30,865 nucleotides of DNA from Elusimicrobiota bacterium (GTDB taxonomy: Bacteria; Elusimicrobiota; Elusimicrobia; Elusimicrobiales; UBA9959): NCBI GenBank assembly GCA_027340875.1, contig DAIENX010000034.1, forward strand, positions 1 through 30,865. Direction: 5' to 3'. The first letter of the stretch is position 1. Each line of letters begins with the position of its first letter. Position numbers and translations under genes: made by a program. Positions 1 through 10,800 of the stretch are shown piece by piece. Under the pieces are notes generated by a model. It had not been told where the DNA came from and did not search any database. It worked only from the letters and a program-made list of their open reading frames with translations.

Positions 1-2
1 CG

Positions 3-359
3 ATGCAGTTCATCAAGGCCCCGATCTCGACGATCTGCATGGGCATGGCGATGAGCTTCGGCGCCGTGCTGCTCGCCGCCGGCTCCAAGGGCAAGCGCTA
101 CGCTCTGCCGAACTCCCGCCTCATGATCCACCAGCCGCTGATCTGGGGCGGCGGGATCTCCGGCCAGGCCACCGACATAGAGATCGAGAGCCGCGAGATG
201 CAGGAGAACAAGAAGCGGCTGATAGACATAATGGCCAAGCACACCGGACAGAAGGCCGAGAAAGTGCGCGCCGACATGGAGCGCAACTTCTACCTCTCCG
301 CGGCCGAAGCGGCGGAATACGGCATAATCGACTCGGTGCTCGAGCACCGCAAGCAGTAA
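3..359 (+). CDS. clpP: ATP-dependent Clp protease proteolytic subunit (5' truncated by window edge)
   Basis: ClpP C-terminal half: [17 protein letters not shown] (Ser motif), [17 protein letters not shown] (His), [19 protein letters not shown]. The real start lies upstream of the window. Confidence 0.96.
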   Translation: MQFIKAPISTICMGMAMSFGAVLLAAGSKGKRYALPNSRLMIHQPLIWGGGISGQATDIEIESREMQENKKRLIDIMAKHTGQKAEKVRADMERNFYLSAAEAAEYGIIDSVLEHRKQ

Positions 360-368
360 TACTCGCTT

Positions 369-412
369 CCGCGCCCGCCCGCACCTCCCGGGGCGGGGGC
401 GCGGCCGTTTTT
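369..412 (+). terminator. Putative intrinsic terminator after clpP
   Basis: CCGCGCCC (369-376) pairs with GGGCGCGG (397-404), with an inner GCCC/GGGC stem, followed by CCGTTTTT. Confidence 0.5.
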
Positions 413-440
413 CGGGGGCAGGGTTCCCAGGTGCACGATA

Positions 441-2810
<2,370 letters not shown>

Positions 2811-2847
2811 CCCCGGCCGGGGGCGGACCGGTATTGTGAGGAGAGCT

Positions 2848-4638
2848 ATGAGGAAGCTTATTTTCCGACTCGTCGCGCTCGCGCTGGCGGCTTCCGCCGC
2901 GTCCCACCCCGCCCCAGCCGCCGCCTACGAGGACCGCCTTACCACCGAGGAGATCGAGGGCACCCTCGAGGACACCAAGCTCAACGAGGTGTTCTCCCAG
3001 TACCTGGCCACCATACAGATGTACGACCCGGAGCGGGCCACCACGCTGGGCCTGCACGGCGCCGACTCCTCTCTCACCTCGCGCACGACGGAGCGCGCCG
3101 TTCGCCAGCTGGAGGCCTTCCGCCAGCTCCGCGCCAAGCTGGGCGAGATCCGCAAGGACACGATGGCGCCCCGCCTGCGCGTGGACTACGAGGTCCTCGA
3201 CCACATGCTGGAGGTGGACATCTACGAGCTGGCCAACCTTAACAGGCTGGCCAACCGCCCGCAGTACTACCTGGAGCCTCTCTTCATCGTCTACCAGATG
3301 ATGACGAAGGACTACGATAACTACAACACCCGGGCCGCCAACGCGCTGGCCCGTCTCAACGCCCTCCCCGACGCGCTGCTGCAGGCCGAGCGCAACCTGT
3401 CGAAGCCGCCGGCCATCTGGACGCGGCAGGCCATCTCGCAGGCCGAGGATGCCCTGGACAATATCTCCGATTTCGTCCCGATCTTCCGCGGCTACACCCG
3501 TTACGACCCCACTCTGAAGACGCAGTTCGACGAGACGATGGACAAGGTGAAGCTGGCCCTCTCCCGCTACGCCCAGTTCCTCCGCAAGGACGTGCTGCCC
3601 AATTCCACGTCAGATTTCCGCTCCGGAGACTACACGTACGGTTTCTACCTGGAGCGCCTGCACGGGCTGGACATGACGCCGGCGGGGGCCCTGCGCTACA
3701 CCAAGAAAGCCTTCAAGAGCTCGATGTCCGACCTGAAGAAGGAGGCCTCCACGGTGGACGCGATGGAGGCCAAGGCCGAAGGCTGGCAGGGCGTTATGCG
3801 CAAGCTGCCCAAGGAGCACCCCGAGTCCGGCGACGTCTTGAAGGTCTTCCAGGACGAGGTCGACCGCGCCTATCAGCACTTCGACCAGCACAAGGTGGTG
3901 GAGTTCCCCCGCCAGCGCCTGCTGATAAAGCGGATGCCAGGCTTCATGTCCGCGGTGCTGCCCTACGTCTACTATGCCCCGCCGTTCTCGCTCGACGACA
4001 ACAGGGTTTCTGAGCTCTTCGTGCTCCTCCCGGCGGACTCGCTGCCGGCCCCGGTCAAGGAAAAGGTGCTCGCAGCCGGCTTCAACTACTCCCAGATGGA
4101 ACTGCTGACCGCCTACTCGGTCATGCCGGGCCTTCATCTGATGAGCTTCGAGGCCGCCTCCAATCCCTCGCGGATACGCCGTATTTCCCGCCAGCCGGTG
4201 ACCTCCAACGGCTGGGCCTGCTACTCGGAGCTCCTCTCCGAGGAGATGGGCTACTATTCCTCGTACTGGTCGCGCTTCCTGCGCTGCTACGTCAGGGCGC
4301 TCAGGGCCGCGCGCGCCTACGCGGACGCCGCGCTGCATACCAGGAAATGGACGCCGGAAGAGGCCGCCGCGTTCTTCCAGGAGAATCTGGGCATGAGCAA
4401 GCCGCAGGCCGAGGGCGAGGTCCTGAAGATATCGCTGAACCCTACCGAGGGCTTCAGCTATATCTACGGCCTCGACCGGATACTCGAGATGCGGCGCTAT
4501 TACGAGAGGACCGAGGCCAAGTACTTCGACCTCCGCAACTTCCATACAGCTTTCCTTAAGATGGGCGAGATCCCGATAGACCGCATAGCCGATGAGATGC
4601 GCAGGATAAAGAGAGAGGAGGCCAAGCACATAAAATGA
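2848..4638 (+). CDS. Secreted DUF885-family protein with degenerate metal-binding motifs
   Basis: Signal peptide MRKLIFRLVALALAASAA. DUF885-like segments DPERATTLGLH, YYAPP, GWACYSE, DAALH..KWT.EEA, FDLRNFH..FL..GEIP. ATG 2848 follows GAGGAG; GTG 2836 is an alternative start. Confidence 0.8.
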   Translation: MRKLIFRLVALALAASAASHPAPAAAYEDRLTTEEIEGTLEDTKLNEVFSQYLATIQMYDPERATTLGLHGADSSLTSRTTERAVRQLEAFRQLRAKLGEIRKDTMAPRLRVDYEVLDHMLEVDIYELANLNRLANRPQYYLEPLFIVYQMMTKDYDNYNTRAANALARLNALPDALLQAERNLSKPPAIWTRQAISQAEDALDNISDFVPIFRGYTRYDPTLKTQFDETMDKVKLALSRYAQFLRKDVLPNSTSDFRSGDYTYGFYLERLHGLDMTPAGALRYTKKAFKSSMSDLKKEASTVDAMEAKAEGWQGVMRKLPKEHPESGDVLKVFQDEVDRAYQHFDQHKVVEFPRQRLLIKRMPGFMSAVLPYVYYAPPFSLDDNRVSELFVLLPADSLPAPVKEKVLAAGFNYSQMELLTAYSVMPGLHLMSFEAASNPSRIRRISRQPVTSNGWACYSELLSEEMGYYSSYWSRFLRCYVRALRAARAYADAALHTRKWTPEEAAAFFQENLGMSKPQAEGEVLKISLNPTEGFSYIYGLDRILEMRRYYERTEAKYFDLRNFHTAFLKMGEIPIDRIADEMRRIKREEAKHIK

Positions 4639-5372
4639 GCGCCCCGGCAGTCTCCTTTTCCGGAGTAGGGAAGACCTATAAGCGCCCCGGTCTCTTATCC
4701 TCCCGCTATACGGTGGGCGTAGCCGGCCTCTCGTTCGAGCTGCGCCGCGGGGAAGTGACCGGCCTGCTCGGCCTCAACGGCGCAGGCAAGACCACTATCA
4801 TGAAGCTGATAACTGGGCTCCTCTTCCCTACCGAGGGGAAGGTCAGGGTCTTCGGCCATCCCCCCTCCGAGGGCGCGGCGAAGGCGAAGGTCGGCTATCT
4901 CCCCGAACTGCCCTATTTCCCGCCTCAGGTCCGACCGGCCGAGGCGCTGGCCTACTACGGGAGTCTCTCCGGGCTTTCCGGCTCTGCCCTGGCCGCGGCC
5001 GTGGAGTCCGCGGTGCGCCGCACCGGTCTGGAGCCGCATGCGGCCAAGAAGATCTCGGAGTTCTCCAAAGGCATGCTGCAGCGCCTGGGGCTTGCGCAGG
5101 CGCTGCTGCACGCACCGGACCTGCTGGTCCTGGACGAGCCGGTCAGCGGCCTGGACCCGCTGGCCATCCACGATATCCGCGGCCTGCTTTCAGGCCTCAA
5201 CTCCGAGGGCCGGGCGATCTTCCTCTCCTCGCACAGCATCTCCGAGGTGGAGAAGCTCTGCTCCAGGGTGCTGATAATGGTGCGGGGCTCGCTGGCGAGG
5301 ACTGTGGAGCGGGCCGAGTGGGAATCCTCCCCGCGGGGCCTGGAAGGGATCTTCGTGGAGGCGGTGAGATGA
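4635..5372 (+). CDS. ABC transporter ATP-binding protein (ABC-2/PilH-like)
   Basis: Walker A GLNGAGKT, signature FSKGM, Walker B LLVLDEP, H-loop SSH. ATGA overlap with the upstream stop. Confidence 0.93.
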   Translation: MSAPAVSFSGVGKTYKRPGLLSSRYTVGVAGLSFELRRGEVTGLLGLNGAGKTTIMKLITGLLFPTEGKVRVFGHPPSEGAAKAKVGYLPELPYFPPQVRPAEALAYYGSLSGLSGSALAAAVESAVRRTGLEPHAAKKISEFSKGMLQRLGLAQALLHAPDLLVLDEPVSGLDPLAIHDIRGLLSGLNSEGRAIFLSSHSISEVEKLCSRVLIMVRGSLARTVERAEWESSPRGLEGIFVEAVR

Positions 5373-6124
5373 GGAACGGTCCGCGCGTCATCCTTCACGT
5401 GGCCCTGGCGGCGGTGCGCGAGAACGTCAGGAACCGCTTCTTCACCCTTTTCGCGGTCTTCGCCTTCGCCGCTGTCTACGCTTCAGTACTGGCGGGCGTG
5501 ATGGCCGTAGACCAGGAAGGCCGGGTCCTCACGGACTTCGGCCTCACGCTGATAGAGTTCACCGTTCTGGCCTACGCCCTGTTCAACGCCTCCTCCGTCC
5601 TGCTGCGCGAGGCCGAGACTAAGACCATATACCTCGTCTTCTCCCGCCCGGTCCCGCGCTGGGCTTACCTCGCCGGCAAGCTGGCCGGCTCGCTGGCCAC
5701 TTCCGCCGTGATGCTGGCTCTTATGGGGGCGCTGCACCTGCTGCTGCTCCGGCTGCGGGGCTTCCCTCCCCCGGCCTACTACGCGTGGGCGCTCTGCGGC
5801 TCCCTGCTCAAGCTGTCGGTCATAACCTCGCTGGCCCTTTTCATCTCCCTGTTCTCCACCTCGGCGGTTTCCACCCTGGTCATCTCCGGCATAGTATGGA
5901 CCGCCGGCCATTTCTCGGCCGAGACCGGCTTCCTGGCCGCGCATTCCTCCGGCGCGAAGGCGGCCGTTCTCAAGGGCGTCCTGCTGCTGATCCCGAATTT
6001 CCAGCTCTTCAACGTCAGGGACCTCGCCTCGGCCCTGCCCGCGGCGGCTTTCGCGGCGGCGGCTCTGTGGACCGCCGGCGCGTGTCTCGCCGCTTCCTGG
6101 CTGCTGTCGGGGAAGGAGTTCTGA
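5369..6124 (+). CDS. ABC-2 type transporter permease (PilI-like)
   Basis: Multiple TM segments; RENVRNR, DFGL, REAETKTIYLVFSRPVPRWAYLAGK, PNFQLFNVR. Start placed at the ATGA overlap (5369). Confidence 0.88.
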   Translation: MRNGPRVILHVALAAVRENVRNRFFTLFAVFAFAAVYASVLAGVMAVDQEGRVLTDFGLTLIEFTVLAYALFNASSVLLREAETKTIYLVFSRPVPRWAYLAGKLAGSLATSAVMLALMGALHLLLLRLRGFPPPAYYAWALCGSLLKLSVITSLALFISLFSTSAVSTLVISGIVWTAGHFSAETGFLAAHSSGAKAAVLKGVLLLIPNFQLFNVRDLASALPAAAFAAAALWTAGACLAASWLLSGKEF

Positions 6125-6873
6125 TGAGGCTCCTGCTGGCCTTCGCCGCGCTGCTCTCGTGGACCGCCGGCGGGCTGTTCTCCTCTGTCTCCTATCGTTC
6201 CCAGTTCCCGCCTCCTCCGGAGATACATGTCCCCGCCGACGGGGCCTCCGGAGACATGCTCGCGCTGGCTTTCGGCGCGCGGCGGCTTTTCGCCGACGTC
6301 TGGTTCATACGGTTGATGCAATACTACGGCACTCCGGAGCTTGAGGAGGGCGAGCAGGCCGGCGAGTACGACTGGCTCGTACCCGGTCCGAAGAGCGAAG
6401 CGGAGCATGAGCGCCACGAGGCCGCGATGAACGGCGAAGGCAGATATCCGGAGTTCCTTCCCCGTTCCCTGCACATACTCCAGATAGACCCTTTCTTCAC
6501 CGCGGCCGGCCTTTATTCCGCCACCGCGCTGGCGTTCAATATGAACCGCCCTTCCGAGGCGGAGGAACGGCTGCGCTACGGCCTGAGGTATTCTCCCAGG
6601 GAGTGGAAGTACCTCAAGGTCCTGGCGGCGGTCGGTTACAGCAGGTCCAGCGACCCCGCCGCCGTCGCGGCCTCTATCGCGCCGCTGCTGAAGGACCCCG
6701 ATTGCCCGGTGATGCTCAAGCAGTTGGCCGCGTTCCTTAACAAGCGCTCGGGGAACGTCGCGGCCGCCGCGGCCATCTACGCCGATATAGCGGCCACCTC
6801 ACGCGACCCCTCCTACGTGAGGAACGCCGAGCGCGAGCTGCGCCTGCTCGCCGCGGGGAGGCCCGGCAGATGA
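6124..6873 (+). CDS. Membrane-anchored TPR-like protein, resembling pilin-cluster ABC accessory proteins
   Basis: N-terminal hydrophobic segment; FADVWFIRLMQYYG, LQIDPFF and AEERLRYGLRYSPREW helical repeats. TGATG overlap with the permease stop. Confidence 0.7.
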   Translation: MRLLLAFAALLSWTAGGLFSSVSYRSQFPPPPEIHVPADGASGDMLALAFGARRLFADVWFIRLMQYYGTPELEEGEQAGEYDWLVPGPKSEAEHERHEAAMNGEGRYPEFLPRSLHILQIDPFFTAAGLYSATALAFNMNRPSEAEERLRYGLRYSPREWKYLKVLAAVGYSRSSDPAAVAASIAPLLKDPDCPVMLKQLAAFLNKRSGNVAAAAAIYADIAATSRDPSYVRNAERELRLLAAGRPGR

Positions 6874-7913
6874 ACGTCCTCAACGTCTGCGACAGCGCTG
6901 ACTGGGATATAGCCGCCTACCAGGCGCTGCAGCTGGCCGAGCGGTTCGCCAATACGGGCCACCAGGCGGCGGTGCTCTGTCCTAAGAACTCCAGGCTGGC
7001 CGCCGAGTGCGCGAAGCTCAAGGTCCGCGTCCTTCCTCTCACCGTCACGGCCCGCTTCGGCCTGTTCGATCCGGCGGGCTGGGACATAGTCCATTTCTAC
7101 AACCCCTCCGACATGCCGCAGCGGTTCATGAAGAAGGTCGCTTCGAAGGCTAGGATCTTCGTGAGCCAGTACAAGCTGGGCAGCGCCAAGGCTTTCCTGA
7201 AGCTGGCCGAGGCGGCCCCCTACGTCAGCATGTACCTGGGGGCCTGCAACTCGGTGCAGGAGGACTTCGTCGCCTCCGGCATAGACCCGGCGCGTACCTT
7301 CATGCTCCCCCCTTGTCTGCGCATCGGGCGCTGGGAAAGCGCGATGCTGATCAAGCCGGCCATGTTCCAGAAGAAGCCTTACCGCGTGGGCACGGTCAGC
7401 ATGGACACGACCTTCCGCGACCAGGAGCTCTTCCTGATGACGGCCAAGGAAGTCCTGGAGACCATGCCGGACACCGCCTTCATGCTCGTAGGACTGAAGC
7501 ACGAGCGCATCCGCGCCTACGCCCGCACGCTGGGCATCAGCCACAAGGTGGACATCCTCAGCGACCGCAACGACATGCCGGAGGTGATGGCGATGATGCA
7601 CATCTACGCCAAGACCTCCGTGCGCGACGGTCTGTCGATGTCGCTGATAGAGGCGCAGGCCTCGGGGGTGGCGTGCGTGCTGCCCCGCCTGCGGGGGATA
7701 AGCGACTTCACCGTGAACGGTAAGAACGGGATCATCGTGGAGCCGGGGGACCCGCTGGCCTGCGCCAGGGCGGTGATCAGGCTGCTCGGAGAACCGCAGA
7801 CCTGCCACGCGCTGAGCAAGATGGCGTTCGATTACGTGAACGACAACATGTCCCTTCCGGTGGTAGGCAATATCCTGGCCCGCCTTTACGAGGACTCCCT
7901 AGCCGGCGGCTAG
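6870..7913 (+). CDS. Glycosyltransferase family 4 (GT-B) protein
   Basis: C-terminal GT4 motif RDGLSMSLIEAQASGVACV and NGKNGIIVEPGDP. ATGA overlap with the upstream gene. Confidence 0.85.
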   Translation: MNVLNVCDSADWDIAAYQALQLAERFANTGHQAAVLCPKNSRLAAECAKLKVRVLPLTVTARFGLFDPAGWDIVHFYNPSDMPQRFMKKVASKARIFVSQYKLGSAKAFLKLAEAAPYVSMYLGACNSVQEDFVASGIDPARTFMLPPCLRIGRWESAMLIKPAMFQKKPYRVGTVSMDTTFRDQELFLMTAKEVLETMPDTAFMLVGLKHERIRAYARTLGISHKVDILSDRNDMPEVMAMMHIYAKTSVRDGLSMSLIEAQASGVACVLPRLRGISDFTVNGKNGIIVEPGDPLACARAVIRLLGEPQTCHALSKMAFDYVNDNMSLPVVGNILARLYEDSLAGG

Positions 7914-7926
7914 CGGGCCGCTGATG

Positions 7927-8310
7927 CTAGAACTCGCTCCAGAAACGTCCTTTTTCGTCCCTGTGCGCGCAGTCGATGTAGAGCAGTCCGTAGTCGGGGC
8001 TGGCCGGATCGTTCACATAGGCCCAGGCCCCGGTGTCACGTATCGTCATGGACGCGGTGTCCCGCACGGACGAGCGGGCGGGATGCCAGCGCAGCTTGAG
8101 GCGGGGCACCTCTTCAAGGCTGCCCGCGCTCAGCGTCTCCGCGAAGGAGCGCGGCAGGCGCTTATGCTCCTGCCGGAACAGCTCCGCCGACAGGCGTATC
8201 CCCGCCAGCTTGCGCAAAACCTCCGCCGCCCCCATCCCGGAATAGACATAGCGCCCCGCTGCCAGGACGGCGGCGGCTGAAATTAGGCCTATCAGGGTCT
8301 TGCGTTTCAT
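7927..8310 (-). CDS. Pilin/pseudopilin-like protein without a canonical prepilin cleavage motif
   Basis: N-terminal TM segment, then an amphipathic helix KLAGIRLSAELF...LP, then C-terminal DTGAWAY..P....G.LYIDCAHRDEKGRFWSEF, resembling GspG-like pilin domains. ATG 8310 is preceded by AAGGA. Confidence 0.6.
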   Translation of the reverse strand: MKRKTLIGLISAAAVLAAGRYVYSGMGAAEVLRKLAGIRLSAELFRQEHKRLPRSFAETLSAGSLEEVPRLKLRWHPARSSVRDTASMTIRDTGAWAYVNDPASPDYGLLYIDCAHRDEKGRFWSEF

Positions 8311-8387
8311 CAATATTTCCTTTTTGCTTTTATTGTAGAATAACCGGAGGCTGAACGCGAAATCCAGCCGTTACAGGCGGGCTGAAA

Positions 8388-9740
8388 ATGAAAATACTCT
8401 GCCTCAATTCCGGAAGCTCCTCGGTCAAGTACTCCCTGTTCGACTGGGAGCAGAAGACCGCTCTTGCGTCCGGCGTTGTCGAGCGCATCGGCATCGGCGG
8501 CTCCACGATAACGCAGGAGGCCCCAGGCCGCGCCAAGGTCGCCAGCAAGCAGGACTGCGCCACCCATAAAGAGGCCATCAAGCTGGTCATAGACACCCTG
8601 ACGGACGGCAAGAAGGGCGTTATCGACGGCCTCGCCGGCATCACCGCCGTCGGCCACCGTGTGGTCCACGGCGGTGAGAAGTTCGTGAAGTCCGTCATAG
8701 TGGACGACAAGACGCTGGACGTCTTCCGCGACCTCTCCTCGCTGGCCCCGCTGCACAATCCCCCCAACATCCACGGTATAGAGGCCGCGCGCCTGCTGAT
8801 GCCGGATATCCCGCATATGGCGATCATGGACACGTCCTGGCACCAGACGATGCCGGCGTCATCGTTCACGTACGCGCTGCCCCGCAAATGGTACGAGAAG
8901 TACGGTATCCGCCGCTACGGCTTCCATGGCACCTCCTTTCTCTACGTCGCCAAACGGGCCGCGGTCCTGCTGAAGAAGGACCCTTTCAAGATCAACGCGG
9001 TCATCTGCCATATCGGCAACGGAGCCTCCGCTAACGCCGTGAAGGCCGGGCTCTCCTACGACACCAGCATGGGGTTCACTCCGCTGGAGGGCCTGGTGAT
9101 GGGTACCCGCGCCGGCGACCACGATCCGGCCATCCCGCTCTACGTGATGGCGCGCGAGAATCTACGGGCGGCCGAGATGGACGCCATGCTCAACAAGAAG
9201 TCCGGGATATTGGGCATCACCGAGAAGTTCATGGACCGTCGCGACGTCGAGACCGCTGCCGAGCAGGGCGACGAGTCCGCGAAGCTGGCCATCCAGGTGG
9301 AGTGTTACCGCCTGAAGAAGTACATCGGCGCCTATGCGGCGGCGGTGGGCGGCCTGGACGCGATCGTCTTCACCGCCGGGGTGGGCGAGATGGGCCCGCT
9401 GACCCGCGCCGGCGCGGTGGAGGGCCTCGATTTCATGGGCGTCAAGTACGACCCCGCGCGCAACTCCCTCTCCCGCACCCGCAATGCGGAGACCGAGATC
9501 TCGGCCAAGGGCTCGCCCGTCAAGGTTTTCGTGATACCTACCGATGAGGAGCGCGTTTTCGTGGAGGACGTGGCCGGCCTGATGGCCGGCACCTACGACG
9601 TTCACACCAAGTTCGACTATACCTTTCAGCACGCCGATTACCGCAACCGCCTGCGCGACGAAGCTTTCGCCGCGCAGTGCGTCAAGAAGCCGGAGCTCCT
9701 CTCCGTAGCCGTGAATCCCCCAGAGGCCGTGGCCAGCTGA
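8388..9740 (+). CDS. ackA: Acetate kinase
   Basis: LNSGSSSVKY, GHRVVHGG, APLHNP, RRYGFHGTS, CHIGNGAS, DTSMGFTPLEGLVMGTR, FTAGVGE, IPTDEE. Confidence 0.97.
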   Translation: MKILCLNSGSSSVKYSLFDWEQKTALASGVVERIGIGGSTITQEAPGRAKVASKQDCATHKEAIKLVIDTLTDGKKGVIDGLAGITAVGHRVVHGGEKFVKSVIVDDKTLDVFRDLSSLAPLHNPPNIHGIEAARLLMPDIPHMAIMDTSWHQTMPASSFTYALPRKWYEKYGIRRYGFHGTSFLYVAKRAAVLLKKDPFKINAVICHIGNGASANAVKAGLSYDTSMGFTPLEGLVMGTRAGDHDPAIPLYVMARENLRAAEMDAMLNKKSGILGITEKFMDRRDVETAAEQGDESAKLAIQVECYRLKKYIGAYAAAVGGLDAIVFTAGVGEMGPLTRAGAVEGLDFMGVKYDPARNSLSRTRNAETEISAKGSPVKVFVIPTDEERVFVEDVAGLMAGTYDVHTKFDYTFQHADYRNRLRDEAFAAQCVKKPELLSVAVNPPEAVAS

Positions 9741-9742
9741 GC

Positions 9743-10735
9743 ATGCGCCGCAGACTGCTCAGCACGCTCGGCCTGCTGGCCGCCCTCTGCGCGGGCGGGG
9801 TAGCCGGCTATTCCCTGATAGAGGGCTGGAACTTCCTCGACAGCCTTTACATGACGGTCATCACCCTCGCCACGATAGGCTACGGCGAGGTTCACCCGCT
9901 CAGCACCGCCGGCAGGATCTTCACTATGGTCCTGATACTGGGCGGCATAGGCGTGATGACCTATATCTTTACCAGCATAGCGGAACTTTTGATGGCCGGC
10001 GGACTGAAGGACGCCTTCCGGAGGATGAAAATGCAGGACAAGATTGAGAAGATGAGCGGACATTTCATAGTCTGCGGGGCTTCCAGGCCCGGTCTCAGTA
10101 TCTGCGAGGAGCTGCAGAAGACGCACCGCGATTTCGTCCTGGTAGTGCTCTCTCCCGAGGAGGTCACCAGGTTCATGGCCGCCGGCTGGTGCGCTATTTC
10201 CGGGGACGCGTCCTCTACCTCCACGCTGACCGCGGCGGGCATCTCCCGGGCCGTGGGTGTGTTTTGCGCGCTGCCCGGCGACAAGGACAACGCTTTCGTG
10301 GCCATCACCGCGCGCGGACTTAACCCCGGCATGAAGATCATCGCCGTGCAGCACGACCACGACCCGGAGATGCAGGACAAGCTTCGGCGCGCGGGCGCGG
10401 ACATCGTGGTCAACCCCTCGCATATAGGCGGGCTCCGTATGGCCTCGGAGATGGTGCGCCCGGCCACGGTGCAGTTCCTGGATTCCATGATGCGCGGCCA
10501 GGGCTCGGGCGCCAGGTTCGAGGATATCCCGGCCGGAGAGCGCGCCGAGGGCCGCGAGCTCGGAGAGTTCAAGGGAGCCGCCAGGCAGGGCGCGCTGGTA
10601 GTGGCCATGCGTAAGGCGGGGCAGGGCCAGTATGAGCTGAACCCCGTCCCGGGGACGAAGCTGCACAAGGGCGACGTGCTGGTGGCCCTGGGCACCCCGG
10701 AGGAGCTGACCGTCCTGAAGACCGCCCTTTCCTGA
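9743..10735 (+). CDS. Two-TM potassium channel with RCK (TrkA-N/TrkA-C) domains
   Basis: Selectivity filter TLATIGYGEV between two TM helices, followed by HFIVCG, GDA, LRRAGADIVVNP and a TrkA-C domain. Start at ATG 9743, just after the ackA stop. Confidence 0.92.
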   Translation: MRRRLLSTLGLLAALCAGGVAGYSLIEGWNFLDSLYMTVITLATIGYGEVHPLSTAGRIFTMVLILGGIGVMTYIFTSIAELLMAGGLKDAFRRMKMQDKIEKMSGHFIVCGASRPGLSICEELQKTHRDFVLVVLSPEEVTRFMAAGWCAISGDASSTSTLTAAGISRAVGVFCALPGDKDNAFVAITARGLNPGMKIIAVQHDHDPEMQDKLRRAGADIVVNPSHIGGLRMASEMVRPATVQFLDSMMRGQGSGARFEDIPAGERAEGRELGEFKGAARQGALVVAMRKAGQGQYELNPVPGTKLHKGDVLVALGTPEELTVLKTALS

Positions 10736-10760
10736 AAAGCGCGTTCGCCCGGTTCCCGTA

Positions 10761-10789
10761 TTGCCAACCCGGGCCTTATATAGTTTAAT
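10761..10789 (+). promoter_or_regulatory. Putative sigma70 promoter for the sugar ABC operon
   Basis: TTGCCA (10761-10766), 17-nt spacer, TTTAAT (10784-10789), in an AT-rich intergenic patch. Confidence 0.55.
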
Positions 10790-10800
10790 TACAAGACCGC

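Noticed and set aside
2811..2822. CCCCGGCCGGGG palindrome after lon
   Set aside because: It is short and GC-only with no U-tract, so it cannot be told from chance.
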